A DNA stretch of 64,000 nucleotides from contig CM106585.1 in NCBI GenBank assembly GCA_048013815.1, positions 17,422,001 through 17,486,000 of the forward strand, read 5' to 3'. The notes beneath the pieces were generated by a model, which was given only the letters and a program-made list of their open reading frames with translations, made no database searches and was not told the origin of the DNA. Origin of the DNA: Setoptus koraiensis. Taxonomy: Eukaryota > Animalia > Arthropoda. A program made the position numbers and the translations under genes. The number at the start of each line of letters is the position of its first letter. The stretch's first letter is position 1. Below, piece after piece: positions 27,471 to 40,877 of the stretch.

Positions 27471-27547
27471 GCGTTCGGCGGCGTTCGGCGGCGTTCGGCG
27501 GCGTTCGGCGGCGTTCGGCGGCGTTCGGCGGCGTTCGACGGCGTTCG
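27471..27547. repeat. 10-bp tandem repeat (GCGTTCGGCG), about 7.5 copies
   Basis: Directly visible. Confidence 0.95.
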
Positions 27548-30268
27548 AATTTGGCCAGTTGCATTGGCCGCCATTCGATGGATTGGCGCGTGAGTGCGCT
27601 CCAGTTGCGCACCAAAGATCGCACCGATGCCAAGACCAATCGCTGACCAGTGACTCAGTGCCACTGACAACGGCGAGTCGGTGGTCGGCGCGCAGGAAGC
27701 CGCCGCACCGACGGAAGAGAGTCAGTTTGAGCGAGTTCGAAGCCCTCTGACAATGGCCAAACGATGCAGCGAGTGGTCAACACCGGCAATTGGTCGCTAG
27801 CCGGCCGGAGAGCGTCGAAAAGAAGCGAGCGACAGGTGCCGCTCGCTCACGAGACGCACAGGCAACCTTTGACAACGAAACAAAAGGAACGGCCGGCCAA
27901 TTTATTGTTGGCTGACACACACACACACTTGTTGCATTTCGGCCATTACAACTATTGCGCAACAGACAAACGGACAGTCCGTCAGCTGTGCAATGAAGGT
28001 GCATCGAGCTAGATAGAGTGCGTTAGAGAATGATGAGACGGCCAGACAGAGATCGGCTGCAAACCGCAACTGGCGCCGCTCAGCGCCAAGTTTCCGCTTT
28101 CTTTCATCGGCGTCCAATGAAAGATTGGCTTTCGTTGCCATTGGACAGCCCTCGCAACGGCTCAAGGTCAACGGTCACTCGATGGTCACTCAATGGTCAA
28201 CGGGCGCCACACACACGCTTTAACTCGTATTATGGTTGGTCGTACAGACGACAGCACAATACGAGATAAAGCCGAAGCGAGCGCTTGTCTGATCAATTTC
28301 GAATTTCGAATTTCGAATTGCCAGCTCGCAATCTCGAGCTGAGAATGCCCGAATGGCAATTGTATCAGGCGGAGGCGTCCACTCGCTCGGCCGGCTCGCA
28401 AAGGCCGATTCTTTTTTCTTCCTTTGCGCCGATTCCACGCATCCAATGGCAGACACAGCGCGCCACCGTTGCAACCTACGGCTCGCCTGCCAACTATCGC
28501 ATGAAAAGAATCACAAACACATCGCTGGCGTCAAGATGCATTCATCGGCTTGATAAAAAATAAAAATAAACCATTTCGTGTATCATGAGATCCGTTGGCT
28601 GTGCGTTAAACGGCCAGTGATATCAGCCTGTTGCGGTGCAAATTGCCACGCGAATTCTGCACTGGGCCGCAGCGATTCCGACGGTCGCTCGGCTGAGAAA
28701 ATTTGCAAAAAATTGCCCTTCAAGCGGCCATAAACAAATGAGTGTGTCGCCGCTCACCTGTGCTGTCATGAAAAAAGCAAAGCTATGAGCTGATGAGTTG
28801 AAGAGCGCCAACTCATGTATCAAGCAACAATTTATTTGCATGCCCTCGCTCTGACCATTGATACATTGTGTGTTCATTGGTCATTGGTCATTGCATCACC
28901 CGCATGTTAATGTTGTTGTTGCAGCGACGCAATGACACAACGACGCGACGGGGCAAGCGGAAATGAAAACGCTATTGTTGTGGCCAGCAGTGATGGCCGG
29001 AATGGCATCGGCCGCTGCGTCCCGTCCGGCGATCGGCCGATGACGACAATCACCGCTTGTTAGATATAAAAATAAAAACAAAATCTTCATATCGAGTCGC
29101 TCAGCTTGGTTCGTGTGTCCAGTTTGTGGGCCGTTGTCAATGCGTTCGGTACTGCAATGGCCATTCGAAGGCGCTCACTGCCAACACATCAATTTGCGAA
29201 CGGTGCCAAGTGCCGATCGCCAGCAATGAACTCGAATGCGAGCCACCAGCCGACAAACTGGACGATCCATCAATTGTGCGCCGGCCCGTCGCAGTAACCA
29301 GCCGGACAATAATGGCGCCTATACAGCCCATCGACGTTGCCCAATAAAACCCCATTGACACTGTCCGATGGAACCCGATTGGCATTGCGGCCTCGGCGCG
29401 GTTCAACTGCGTGCTCCATGGATGCAATTGCGTCAACAAATAGTGACACAAGTGACAGTTGGCCGGCCAATTCTCACGCCCGTCAGCCGGCGGCGACTCG
29501 CCAACAGTCGCACTGGTTGCTGTTAGTTGTGTTTGCTGCTGGCAGTGCCATTAATTTTTGCAACTACCTGTTGTAGCTAGATGTTGTAGCTGTTGTATTT
29601 GCAGCAGGATTCATATGATTTTGGGATTGGTAGGGTGCTGAAAGTTTTCGGCTAAAAGTGTTACCAGTGGCCACTGCATTTGCCGGCGGCAAGTTTGTGC
29701 AAAAACAACAACTCTGACAGCAACAAAAACAAAGAGAAAAAGCGATGCACTTGTGCGCTTGTTGGCCAGTGGACGCATTCAAATAATTGCAACATTTCAT
29801 TTGAGTGCGTCCTCTGATCTGTTTATTTCGACGTGTGTTTGCACATTGAAATTGCACAGTTTGGTCGCTTGTTGTCGCCGTCAAATTGCGACAGCAAAGT
29901 CGCTCGTTTGCCTTCTTCGGCTTCTAATTCCATGATCAAGCGGCCGGCTTTTGATTCTAATTCGATGATCAAGCGGCCGGCGTTAAGTGGCAAGCGAGCG
30001 TTAATTGCAAGCGAGAGTTGTCGCCAGTTGCTGGCGACCAGTTAACTGGCCAACTCGCTGATATTATATCAGTGATATCAGTGAACTAAATGTGCAACTG
30101 TCAGCGCCAGTTGGTTGAATGTGTAGTTATATATAGTGTGCTCACCTGTTCGCTGTTCGCTGGCAGGCACAGGTGAGCTGTCACAGGTCGCTTTGCTCGA
30201 TGACAAACGACACACTGACTGGCGAGACTGACGAGAGAGACCGACGAGAGAGACCGACGAGAGAGACC

Positions 30269-30305
<37 letters not shown>

Positions 30306-30598
30306 CGAAAAGGCCAGTGACAAGTCAATATTTGTTCACTTGTTTGTTTGCATTGGCTGTTGGCAGTCGCATAAATAGTGGCTGTCGTAGACAAGTCGGC
30401 CGATGCTCCCACAGCAGAAGGGAGAGGAGAACAGCCATGAGAGGGCCATGGAGAGGCCAGAAAAGGGAGCAAAAGATAGGAGAGGCCAGAAAAGGGAGCA
30501 AAAGATAGGATAAGAAAAGAACAGAGAAGAAAAGAACAGAGTGCGTCGGTCGGCTGTTAACGAGCCGCACCAAACAATAAACTGGCCATGCTCGCTTG

Positions 30599-30601
<3 letters not shown>

Positions 30602-30655
<54 letters not shown>
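30602..30655. repeat. (TG)n microsatellite
   Basis: About 27 uninterrupted units. Confidence 0.95.
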
Positions 30656-30656
<1 letters not shown>

Positions 30657-31414
30657 CTGAATTATCTCACTGGCGAGCACATCGCCAGACTACAAAACTC
30701 ACAATCTAATGCACACAAAATGCACTACAACTCGGCCATCATAACACTGTTATCACAACACCAGATCCATTAGACACACGCTACCTGTATTACACCTAAT
30801 ATATTACACTGTGCCGGTATTAGACTCACCTGTGCTCACCTGTGCTCATTACCTGTGCTGTCGAGTGGTGTTGTCGAGACTCGAGAGAAGCCCTTGCACG
30901 AGTGAGCACAAGTGCTGTCGCATGACCACTCACTCTCTCTCTCTCTCTCATGCTTTTAATACATATCTATTATATGTATTGTATGTGTCACTTGTGTGTA
31001 TCATGGCAAGCTCTTACACTTACTTGTTACTGTGATACAGTTACTTGTTACTGTGATACAGTTACTGTTTGCACACAATTATAACGAGACACGAATAATG
31101 ATTTAAATGAGGCACTCATATGCAAATTAGCTCATTGTGCTCGCAGGGTGTCGCTGGGCCAAGACGCTGGGTGTTTTATTGGCGCTTGCTCAACGATCGC
31201 CGGCCTCAACGGTCACAACAAGACTCATATTGTTGCCATTGTAGCATCAAGCAATTGTGCAAGCATCGACCTGTTGCACACGCAAGCTCCAAGCCAAAAT
31301 TTAGCTCAAACACTAAACACAAACAATCATCTGATAATCATAATTTTACCGTTTTGTCTATTTTAATTTATATCAATTCAATCACGTTACGTTCAATCTC
31401 GCAACAACGCGCAC

Positions 31415-31516
31415 AATAACGCATAACAACGCATAATAACGCATAACAACGCATAACAACGCATAACAACGCATAACAACGCATAACAACGCATTATAAC
31501 GCATATTAACGCATAA
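31415..31516. repeat. 10-bp tandem repeat (AACGCATAAC), about 10 copies
   Basis: Directly visible immediately upstream of the 31527 acceptor. Confidence 0.95.
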
Positions 31517-31526
31517 TCAACAACAG

Positions 31527-31691
31527 CAGCGGCATCATCGTCGTCAGCCAGCAGCGCAAGTGGCCAAAAGAAATCGTCCTACCTTCACCTGTTTGAATTG
31601 GCTTTCAGTTCGCGAAATCAACGGAGAAGTCGCATTAAGGCAGCAGCAACAACAACAACAACGGACACCGTCCAACAATCGTCGTGTTCAG
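31527..31691 (+). CDS. RhoGEF coding exon 3 (AAASSSSASSASGQKKSSYLHLFELAFSSRNQRRSRIK...)
   Basis: 165 nt, symmetric phase 1-1, strong donor CAG|GTAAGC, preceded by about 220 AG-free nt. The given ORF track shows only a different frame here. Confidence 0.6.
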
Positions 31692-32994
31692 GTAAGCAAT
31701 GGGCATTATCTCATTAGATCACTATTGTGCATCACGGATTGTTTATATATTTGTTTATGTGTGTGTGCTGGCAATAATAGTAATAATATTATTTGTTGGT
31801 TGTGATTAGTTGTGACTGAACAGCAAACTATGGCAATCGCAAATGTTGCTGTTGCTGTTGTTATTGTTTGGCCGATGATTGTGTGATTGCGAGTCGCCGT
31901 TTGCCGGTTGCTGGTTGAGAGTGACCCCGAATTGGTGTGTTAGCTCAACAACAGTTGCAGTTAACATTAAGTGAGTTATATAATAATGAGATCAAGGTGA
32001 AAGTGGCACAAGTGGCGTGCCGTTGCCAATCGCAACAAACAAAACAACAAGTGTGCCGTACAGTCCACTGTCCACTGTCAATGGACACAGTCTAATAACG
32101 GCACCAATGCAGCACACTGATCATTAGTGTGACTAATGTAACACGATCCATCGTGACCATAATTATTTAGATTAGCTTAAAATTAGATCAACTCACCTGT
32201 TGAAATGACTCTGTTAATTGGGCTCGAACGAGGCGCCTCTTATAACAACTTGTGCCTCTAATAGCCCATTGATAACGTTACGTAACACAGCAACAGGTGC
32301 AGCCTGAAAGTCAGCCGAGAGTCAGCCCAAAGTCAGCTGAGAGTCGACTGAACGGTTGCGTAACTGGTTGTGTCACCGATTGGAGCGCTAGTTGTCGTGG
32401 CCAGTGTGTTGCCACGACAGTGTGTTGTTAGTGTCCGCAACAGTGGCCAGCAACGAGTCGCTCATGGTGCCAATGTCGTCCACTTGATCGCGCTCTATTC
32501 CAATGAGATCGATTCCAATGGGGGCCTTTGGCGAACGAAGCGGCCTAATTCAAGTGCTCAGAGAACAAACAATAAGTTGCGAGCGACGATATGCCAAGAT
32601 AAAACAGATAACGTTACACGATATAAACTTATCTGACGCACTTGGCAAGACAAACGATCGGCACTGGACGTGATGTGCAATGGGTGCAATAGCGAGCCAA
32701 CTCGACAATTGCCCGCTCAATTGAATGCTGACCATCAGCTAGATGAAGGGGCTGTTGTAACGGTCAGCATCATGCCTCTCGAATGGAGAGTCTCCATTCG
32801 AGACTGTTTAGCGATCTCGATCTGATTTACAATTCCAATTGGAATGAGCGGTCGTGCCGGTGCCTTGCAAAGTGGCCACTTGTGCCCGCTTGTTACTTAT
32901 CTCGTCATCGTGCCAACTAACGAGAACAAATTGCACTATCCGTTCAGTTTTCATCTGGCACCGAGCGGCCAGAGCGACCCACTGCGCACCATGC

Positions 32995-33053
32995 AAATGC
33001 AACGGCCGACAAAATGCAACGGCCGGCAAAATGCAACGGCCGACAAAATGCAA
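32995..33053. repeat. 17-bp tandem repeat (AAATGCAACGGCCGACA), about 3.5 copies
   Basis: Directly visible. Confidence 0.9.
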
Positions 33054-33872
33054 AACAGATAAAATCTCGCTGGCCGCTTGTTTGCAGCGCCCATTAATTT
33101 GGTGTTGCCATTATTCTGGCCAGATCAATTGAGAGATTTACTCTCTCGCTCTCAATTGATGGCAACGTGAACTGGCAACGTGAACAACAAATCAGCTGCG
33201 AGCACCCTCGCCAGTGTCATGACTTGGCGGCCGGTGCGCAGAGTTTTAATGACAACTCGTTGATTAGCGCAATTTGTTGCGTTCACATTAGCATTCAATG
33301 AGAGATGGCGCTCGAGATTTCGCTCTCATTTGCAGCAGCAACAACAACGGAAACAACAACACCCGCAACAACAACAACAGAGATAACGGCCAATGATTAG
33401 AGCGACACGATTCAGCCTTGTTCGGCGCAACTAGTGGCCACCGGAAACAATGGCCAATTGTGTGCTGGTGCAAGCGCCATCGATTGCTTATTAATATTGT
33501 TGCGCGCGCAAAGATGGCGAGATAAACAAATATTGCGCCACCATAATCGTCCAGTTACAATCGTTTGATTATCACTCGATTACATAACTGTGGCCGCGCG
33601 AATCGAGACAATTTTCGCAAAAGCTTCCCATAAAGTTGTGCGCATGAATGATAGCCAGGCAAACATATCTGGTCTGGCAAACATATAATGTTATGTGTCC
33701 ATGTGTTTCCATTGTTAGCCCTTTGTTTCTGTTGCCTGCACCCATCTCATGGCATCTCATGGTGCCTCGATCCTATTTGGCATTGCCCAATCACTCGATG
33801 CTATTATCTAACGTCTATACACTCTTTTCTTCTGTATGTGATATTCATCTTGGTGCCATATGGACGGAATAG

Positions 33873-34155
33873 CAGTCGACGATAAGACACCGACCAACAA
33901 CAGCAACAACAACAACAACAACAACCAATGGTTAGATAAAAGTCAAACTAACGACAACAATCAGCTGTCGCCAACAAATGCACACCCACTAGCGCCATCA
34001 TCGGCAACAACTGCCACTGCGACAACACCGGCCACTGCCAGCAGCGCCACAACAGCCACAGGAAGTGACCAGGCCGGCCAACAGCAGCAGCAACAACAAT
34101 TCAAAAAATTGTTGCCGCTCAACAAACAAACGGAATCGCCAGAAATCAAATCAAG
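33873..34155 (+). CDS. RhoGEF coding exon 4
   Basis: Tandem acceptor TAG|CAG| (33873 or 33876, both phase 1) and donor AAG|GTGAGC in phase 2. CTAAC plus a pyrimidine tract lie about 60 nt upstream. An in-frame ATG at 33860 is an alternative start. Confidence 0.65.
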
Positions 34156-34887
34156 GTGAGCCCAGTCATTGACTATTGCTCTACATGCTAAAGTGAGCGA
34201 AGGAGAGTGTTATATAATTACCATTTTTACTAGTCGAGACTCCATAGCGGGGGCGATCATCGCAATGAGCCAACGACAAAAACAAAGCCACTGGCAACTG
34301 TAATTGCAGCCAATGATTTATGTGCGCTTTGTTTTCGTTTGTGGCTTCGTTTGTTTATTTGTTCATTTTGGGTTCTTTTTCTCTGTGTGTGTGTATATAG
34401 ATAAAGAGAAAATAATAAAAATTTGCGTCGCTGTTGCGACGACAATTCAGACAATTCGAAAACAACGACAGCCCAATGATAAGCGCGTCGAAAATAGTCG
34501 GCATAGTGTGTAAACATTGACACACAGTTGGTGTCACTTTTGTCAGTGTCGCCAATATTGTTTGCGTGTTTGCTTGCACAACCGGAAACGCCGTGGTTGC
34601 CAATGGCAGCAGCGAGCGATTTCGTGTCTCGTCCATGAGCATTTATCCGCGTCTATGCGCGTCTGTGCGAGACGCAACGCACTGACTTGGCAAACTGTCT
34701 GAACAGTCTGAAGGGCCTTTGCTGGCCTTGACACGAAACAATTGATCACAAATGCGCATTGATTTTTGAAATCCCATAATAGCTAGTGGCTGGCGGGCTA
34801 TTATTATCGGATTAGTCAGCATAAAATGACGACCACCAGCGCACGAAACAAACACAACAACAACGACAACAACAACAACAACAACAA

Positions 34888-34942
<55 letters not shown>

Positions 34943-37900
34943 AAATGGGCGAATGTGACGCTAATCAGGCGCTGCCAGTGACTGGCATAATGGTGCCGAT
35001 TATTAAAAGATTCGGCTACGATTGCGCTATCTTGTCAGTGATTGTATTGTTTTTGAAACTTGTGTAATTAGAGGGCACAATCAGTCGAGACGTCGACAGG
35101 TATCGTTTTTGTGGTTAAATAACCGGTGACAGCTGTGTGCCGGCGACACATTCGAGATAATCAGTCAATAAATCAGTTTGTTGTGATCAATTGACATTGT
35201 GAGAGCAAGCCCCAACTGCCAACAGCCACAGTGAGAGCGGATTATTTTTAGTCGCGATTCGCGAAGCGATCGACCAATCGATTAGATCGAACGCATGTCA
35301 ATGCCGACGAAGCGACTCGCGTAAATTCTCGATTGATCCGATCGACATAGCGAGATGCCAATTTGCTCGTTTCTTGATGCAACAAGCAAACAACAAACGA
35401 AGACGACAGAAACTCTAACAAATAAACGCTCTAACAATAATCGCTGCTGATATCAATATGCAAGCGCAACATTTACATTTGAATGTTTTCTTTTGCTGTT
35501 GCTGTTGCTGTTGCTGTTGTCGTCGTTGCTGTTGTTGTCGTTGCCGTTGTTGTCGTTGCTGTTGTTGCGCGACCCTGAAAACGGTTTCCATGGTTACCTG
35601 CATGCCAGAGAGAGAGAGAGAGAGAATGGATGTGTAGAGATAAGAAGGCAACATCAACCAGTTTGCAATGCCATTCAGCGTGGCAACAACCAACAAAGGC
35701 ACACAGAGTTAATTATGATGATCAAATCATAACGGGTTCACTAACTGGTCTATTTACTACTGCTGGCCAACCATTCATAATTCATTTATTTATTTTTACA
35801 CACACGCACACGCAGAGAATAACGGGCCAAACATCGCAATAAATCTGTGCCTGTGTCTTGGCAACAGGTGAATCGGCAGCTAGCCAACGTGCGCTTGCTT
35901 GTCGAATGCTTGCAGCAATTGATACATGATACAGACGTAACAATTGTTGCATGTTATAACAAATCAATTACATCTATTTGGGCCTCTCTCTTATATTTGG
36001 TATTCACCATTCAATATGCCGATCGATTATCAATGTTACCTGCTGGCTGTAGCATTTGCCATGCACAGACAATATTTAAATAACAAACAGTTTTCGGGTA
36101 ACGTTCGCATAGTATTGAGATAATGTGCACACTGGGCATATGTAAATGCTATTGGCGTGCGGTTGTAATTTAATTACGACCATAGAGCAGTCACACTAAA
36201 AAGAGTCTTACTTTGCAGTGTTAGGCTAAACACACACGAGCACAGACAAACAAAGCGACAAGAAACAAGGTAGCGAAAAGAGATAAATAAATATTAAGTT
36301 ATCGCACGCTCATTATGAGCGCACACGATAATTATAATTATGCAATTGAACAATAACAAACAAACCGATTTGCACAAACTGTGCCGCTGGCTGTGCCACT
36401 TGCACAAGTAACGGTTCGTTGTCTATTTAATTTGAATAATACTCATATAATTGATTGTTGTTGTTGTTCGCATCAACAATTATCATGACAGCAAACATAA
36501 CTGGCCAACAGTTACAATGATAGTGGCTCTTGATTGATACTTGTTGTCGCTCTTGTTTGCTCACCTGTTGCTCACCTGTTGCTCACAATAAACCGGCCGA
36601 GGCAACAATATAAACAATGCACAGTGTGCCAAAGATTGTCTTGTTCATTGGTAACGTCATTATGATTATTTTGGCGCCGTCATTTGACCCATAAGTTATG
36701 GCCAACAATGGCCACCATACGCACAATGGCATTCGCACAGGTGAGCTATTTCCACGACAGGTGACTCACAATACAGTCAGATACAGTGTTGGTGTTGTTG
36801 TTGGTGTTGGTGCCAATGCCAGTGTTAGTGCCAGTGCCAGTGTTAGCGCCAGTTACTGCACTGGGCAGTCAGAGCAGAGCGCCAATTGACAAGATTCTTG
36901 TCAAGATTTTGTCAAGTGTGAGTGGCAACTCTCAGTTTCGCCAGCGCTCTCTGTTGGCTCTTGTGTGTGTGTTCTCTGTTGTGTTGTCGTTGTTCGCTCT
37001 CTTCGTTCTTTTTGTTTGTCTTGGCAGCTCGAGGCTCGAAGCTCGAAGCTCGAGCGACGCTCAGCTGGCCAGCGACCGACACATCGGCAGTCGGTGCGTT
37101 TCCCACGTAGCCGTTGCTGGCCACGCCGTCACGCAACAGCCGCCCTTGATTGTGATAGTCGGTGCCCCGTCGGCTCGCCACTCGACTGGCGAGCCGTTCG
37201 CCGAGACGCCGGCAGCTTAGCAAGCGCTTCGAACGCTTCGAACGCTTCAAAGCGCTCGCAGCGCTCCAACGCAGCCCAAGTGAAGTGTTCGGTCTAAGCG
37301 AGCTTGCAATTTTTCCACAATTCGCGCTCCCAATTGCAGCTCAAATGGAGCTTCCAGCCAGCGAGCTTAATTGTGTGTGTCCATGGCGGCCAGTGTGAGC
37401 CAGCCTTGCCATGGCCACTTGATCTTGATAATGAATTCTTTATTTTCTGCTGTCTCCTGTGCTGTCGTTTTGTTTCGTTGGTAGCGTGCCCATTCTTTGT
37501 GTGCCACGGCTGGCCGGCCCATTACGCCAGCCAGCCGGCCCATTACGCCACCCGGCCGGCCCGTAATGCCGGCCGGCCGCAACACTCAAGACTGGAGGAT
37601 AACATTATAATGGCGCAAGACACACGCAGCCAGCGACGCAAAGCGCGCCCGAGCCAAGCTGTTGAAAATGCTTACTTAATTATGGACATACCCAGGCGCT
37701 ACCAAGTTAATCGAATGCGCTACCTGTCCGCAATTGGACATTGGCAACTGGCCAGCGGTTGCATGGCCTGTCAATTGGCCAGTAGCAAGTAGCCGGCGAG
37801 CCGGGGATTACGGGCAGGCACCGATGATTATGATGGCCAGACAATGATGAGATATTAATGATGATAATGGACATGAGGGATTAAGTTGTTGTTGTGGTCG

Positions 37901-39465
37901 TCGTTGCTATGTTTAGCCGTCTGGCCGTCGGTCGCCCGTTTGGAGGTCAAGTATCAATATTATGACGGATGATGAATAATAACAATAACGGTTGCGCCGG
38001 CCGACGCGCCGCCCGACACGCTGGCCGGCGCGTCTCATCATTAACCTGTCGGGACAGCGCCATCGTTTGGCGAGTTGCGGCCCGGCCCGAGCGGCCGCAA
38101 CTCGAGCCGGCCGGTCGCCGGGCATGAGTTTGTTGCTGGCAGCAGCAGCAGCAGCAGTAACAAACTGATTGGCAATTGCGGCGCTCGATTGCCAAGGCCA
38201 GTGATAAATTGGCAATATCTAAACAACGGCCGCGGAGATTATCGAAAAGTGAGCGACTGACCGGACATAACTCGTCTGGCGTTATGATTGATTCACATCA
38301 CTTAAATAGATGGATATATTTATGAGTATTGCCGCTGATGATGAATTCATCAACAGCAACAACAATTACAACGAATCACGATCGCTCGACTGTCTATTTT
38401 TGAAGCCAATGTCGGTCCAATGTCGGTCCAGTGTCGGCCGGCCAGCATTGCATGGCCGACATTGGATGGCCAGCGTTGGATGGCCAGCGTCGGATGGACG
38501 GTGCCGGTGAAACGCGCCAAAGCAAACAGACCTAGAATTCTTTTGCCGTCCGCAATTCTTTTTGCCCACTGACCACTGACCACCGACCGCCGACCACTAT
38601 CCACTGGAACACATTGGGCCCGAAAGAATCGCACTGACCACTGCGCAACTCTCTCGCTCTAACGCCTGATGGCCGTACGAGCCAATCGCGAGCGTCTGGC
38701 CGGCGCTCGTCAGGCCGATTGGCCGGGTGAACCATATTTGCGAACACAATAGTGAAATAGTGCGAAACATTGCGAAATGTTTTCTGTTCGCCGTACACTT
38801 TACACAATCATTAGGCTCGCTCACGACGACCCAAACACTGCCCCCGCCACCACCGTTATCCGTCTGTTACGTAATGATGGCCACAGCTCGAGACGCAACA
38901 CTTGCTCCCTTCGAATCCATTATTTCAGAGCGAATTACTTCGGAGGGAATCATTTCTTAGGGAGTTATTTCGGGAGGGCACTATTACGGGAGAAATTAGA
39001 GATCTCAGCACTGGATGAGAGTGCCCAATCGGGCCGGCCACCTCTTCGGGCATGAACGGAACACAACAGTGTGTCGGGTAATAATTTGAACAAAATTCAT
39101 GCCAGGCCAACAGCGCCTGATTAGATGATGAACTGGGCCGTCGAGCGACTATGCCCAGACGATTACAATTGTGGCCATTTATGGTGCAATCATTAGCGAT
39201 GAGCCAGCATTTCGGTCGGTGGCTCTCGATTGCCAGTGGGACACAACAAACCGACCAAACCAAAGTCAGCTCGTCCGGTCCGGTGTGACCTTCAAAGAGC
39301 TCGCTCGTTTGCTGCTCGTCGCCGAGACACAAATTGGCAAGACGCAATTGGCCAGACACAAATAATATGTAATATATTTGGCACAATGACACGCTCGTTT
39401 GGCGGCCACGTAGCCGCGGCCCGAGTCCGTTTGACAGTATGGAACGAGTCACTTTTGGCCCGAAA

Positions 39466-39564
39466 TTTCGAGCCAAATTCGAGCCAAATTCGACCAATTT
39501 CGAGCCGAGTTTCGAGCCGAGTTTCGAGCCGAGTTTCGAGCCGAGTTTCGAGCCGAGTTTCGAG
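39466..39564. repeat. 12-bp tandem repeat (TTTCGAGCCGAG), 5 perfect copies plus degenerate copies
   Basis: Perfect units from 39498, preceded by shorter variants. Confidence 0.95.
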
Positions 39565-40877
39565 GTCTATTCCGAGCCAAAAGTGAGAAGCGGAAAAGTG
39601 AGCGGGCAACGCTGGTCAGCGGTGTCGCATTTCAGATGGTCCAAATTTAGATAATGCTGATCGCTAATTGTTGCTGATTAATTATCAATTCCAATCGTTT
39701 GTCTGTTTGTTCGTCTGTTTGTTTTTCTGTTGGTCTGGTCCGCGAAAATGAGCGCCGATTTCACTGATTATTATGCAAATTTCGTCGGTCAACTTGTTAC
39801 TTTTGGCCCGTCTATATATCTGGTAACTGTGAGCATATTTGCGTCGCGCGTAAACACACAAACAGCCTCGGGCCGACGACGCCTCGAGCTAGCAACTGGC
39901 GCCAGCTTGGTCAGCCGATTTATTTTATTAATTTAGTCGCTGATACTGGGCAACCTGTGATAATTAGCATAACAGTGGCCATGGACAGTGTTGGTGTTGA
40001 TTAATTAATCGCCTTGTCCCGTTGACGATGCCATAACTCTTGCCTTGGTGATGTGTTCATATGAATTGCACACAATTGCATGTTAGATGCAATCGCTTGG
40101 CATGCTAATTTATGGCATTGTCATTATGGTCATGGCAGCATTGTTGTTGGCTTGTGACTCACAAGTTGTGAGCGATATTGTCGTTGTTGTTGTTGTTGTT
40201 CAAGTCAATTGAGCCGACAAATAACTAGCCGCAACGGCTAATTAACCAACTAATCAATTAACTAATTAATCCAGTCCAATGTCCACACATAAGCAACAAC
40301 ATGTGTCGCGCAAATATGATTGTTGTTCATCTCGCTTCACTTCACCTCACCTCACCTCACTTCACCTGGCTTCACTTCGGCTGGCTTCACGCCTCGGCGA
40401 ATCTGTCTGGCCGCTAGCCATTGGCCAATGACGACCATGGCTGATCATGATAGTGCTGATACATAACAAGACAATATGCTCTCGTTTTATCACACACACA
40501 CACACACTAACAAGCCAATTGAGTCACTTGTGAGTCACAAATTGTCAAGACAACTCACATTTGTGACTCACAAATGGCTGCTGGTATCACCGGCTTCGTT
40601 GTCAAGGTGAAGCCAACAAACTGGCCAGCATCCTATTTGCGAATAGTAGTTATTATATCTCATCATATATTGATCATTCGTGAGACAATAAAGGGTTTCC
40701 TTGTTGGCGCATCCAAACCGGCGAGAGTGGCGCCATCCAGCGACAATTCGGCAACAATGCAGCCAGTGAGTCAGTCTGACACAAGTTGTGCGATTGCGGC
40801 AGCCGCCAAACGAATGTATTGCCGACACAAGAATCTTGTGACAAGTGATACAAGTGACAGAGCTATGACAGTTGCCA

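Noticed and set aside
35816-35867. Exon-like segment with branch point, T tract, CAG acceptor and CAG|GTGAAT donor
   Set aside because: It has an immediate stop in the required phase-2 frame. It could only be a poison or non-coding exon, and there is no support for that.
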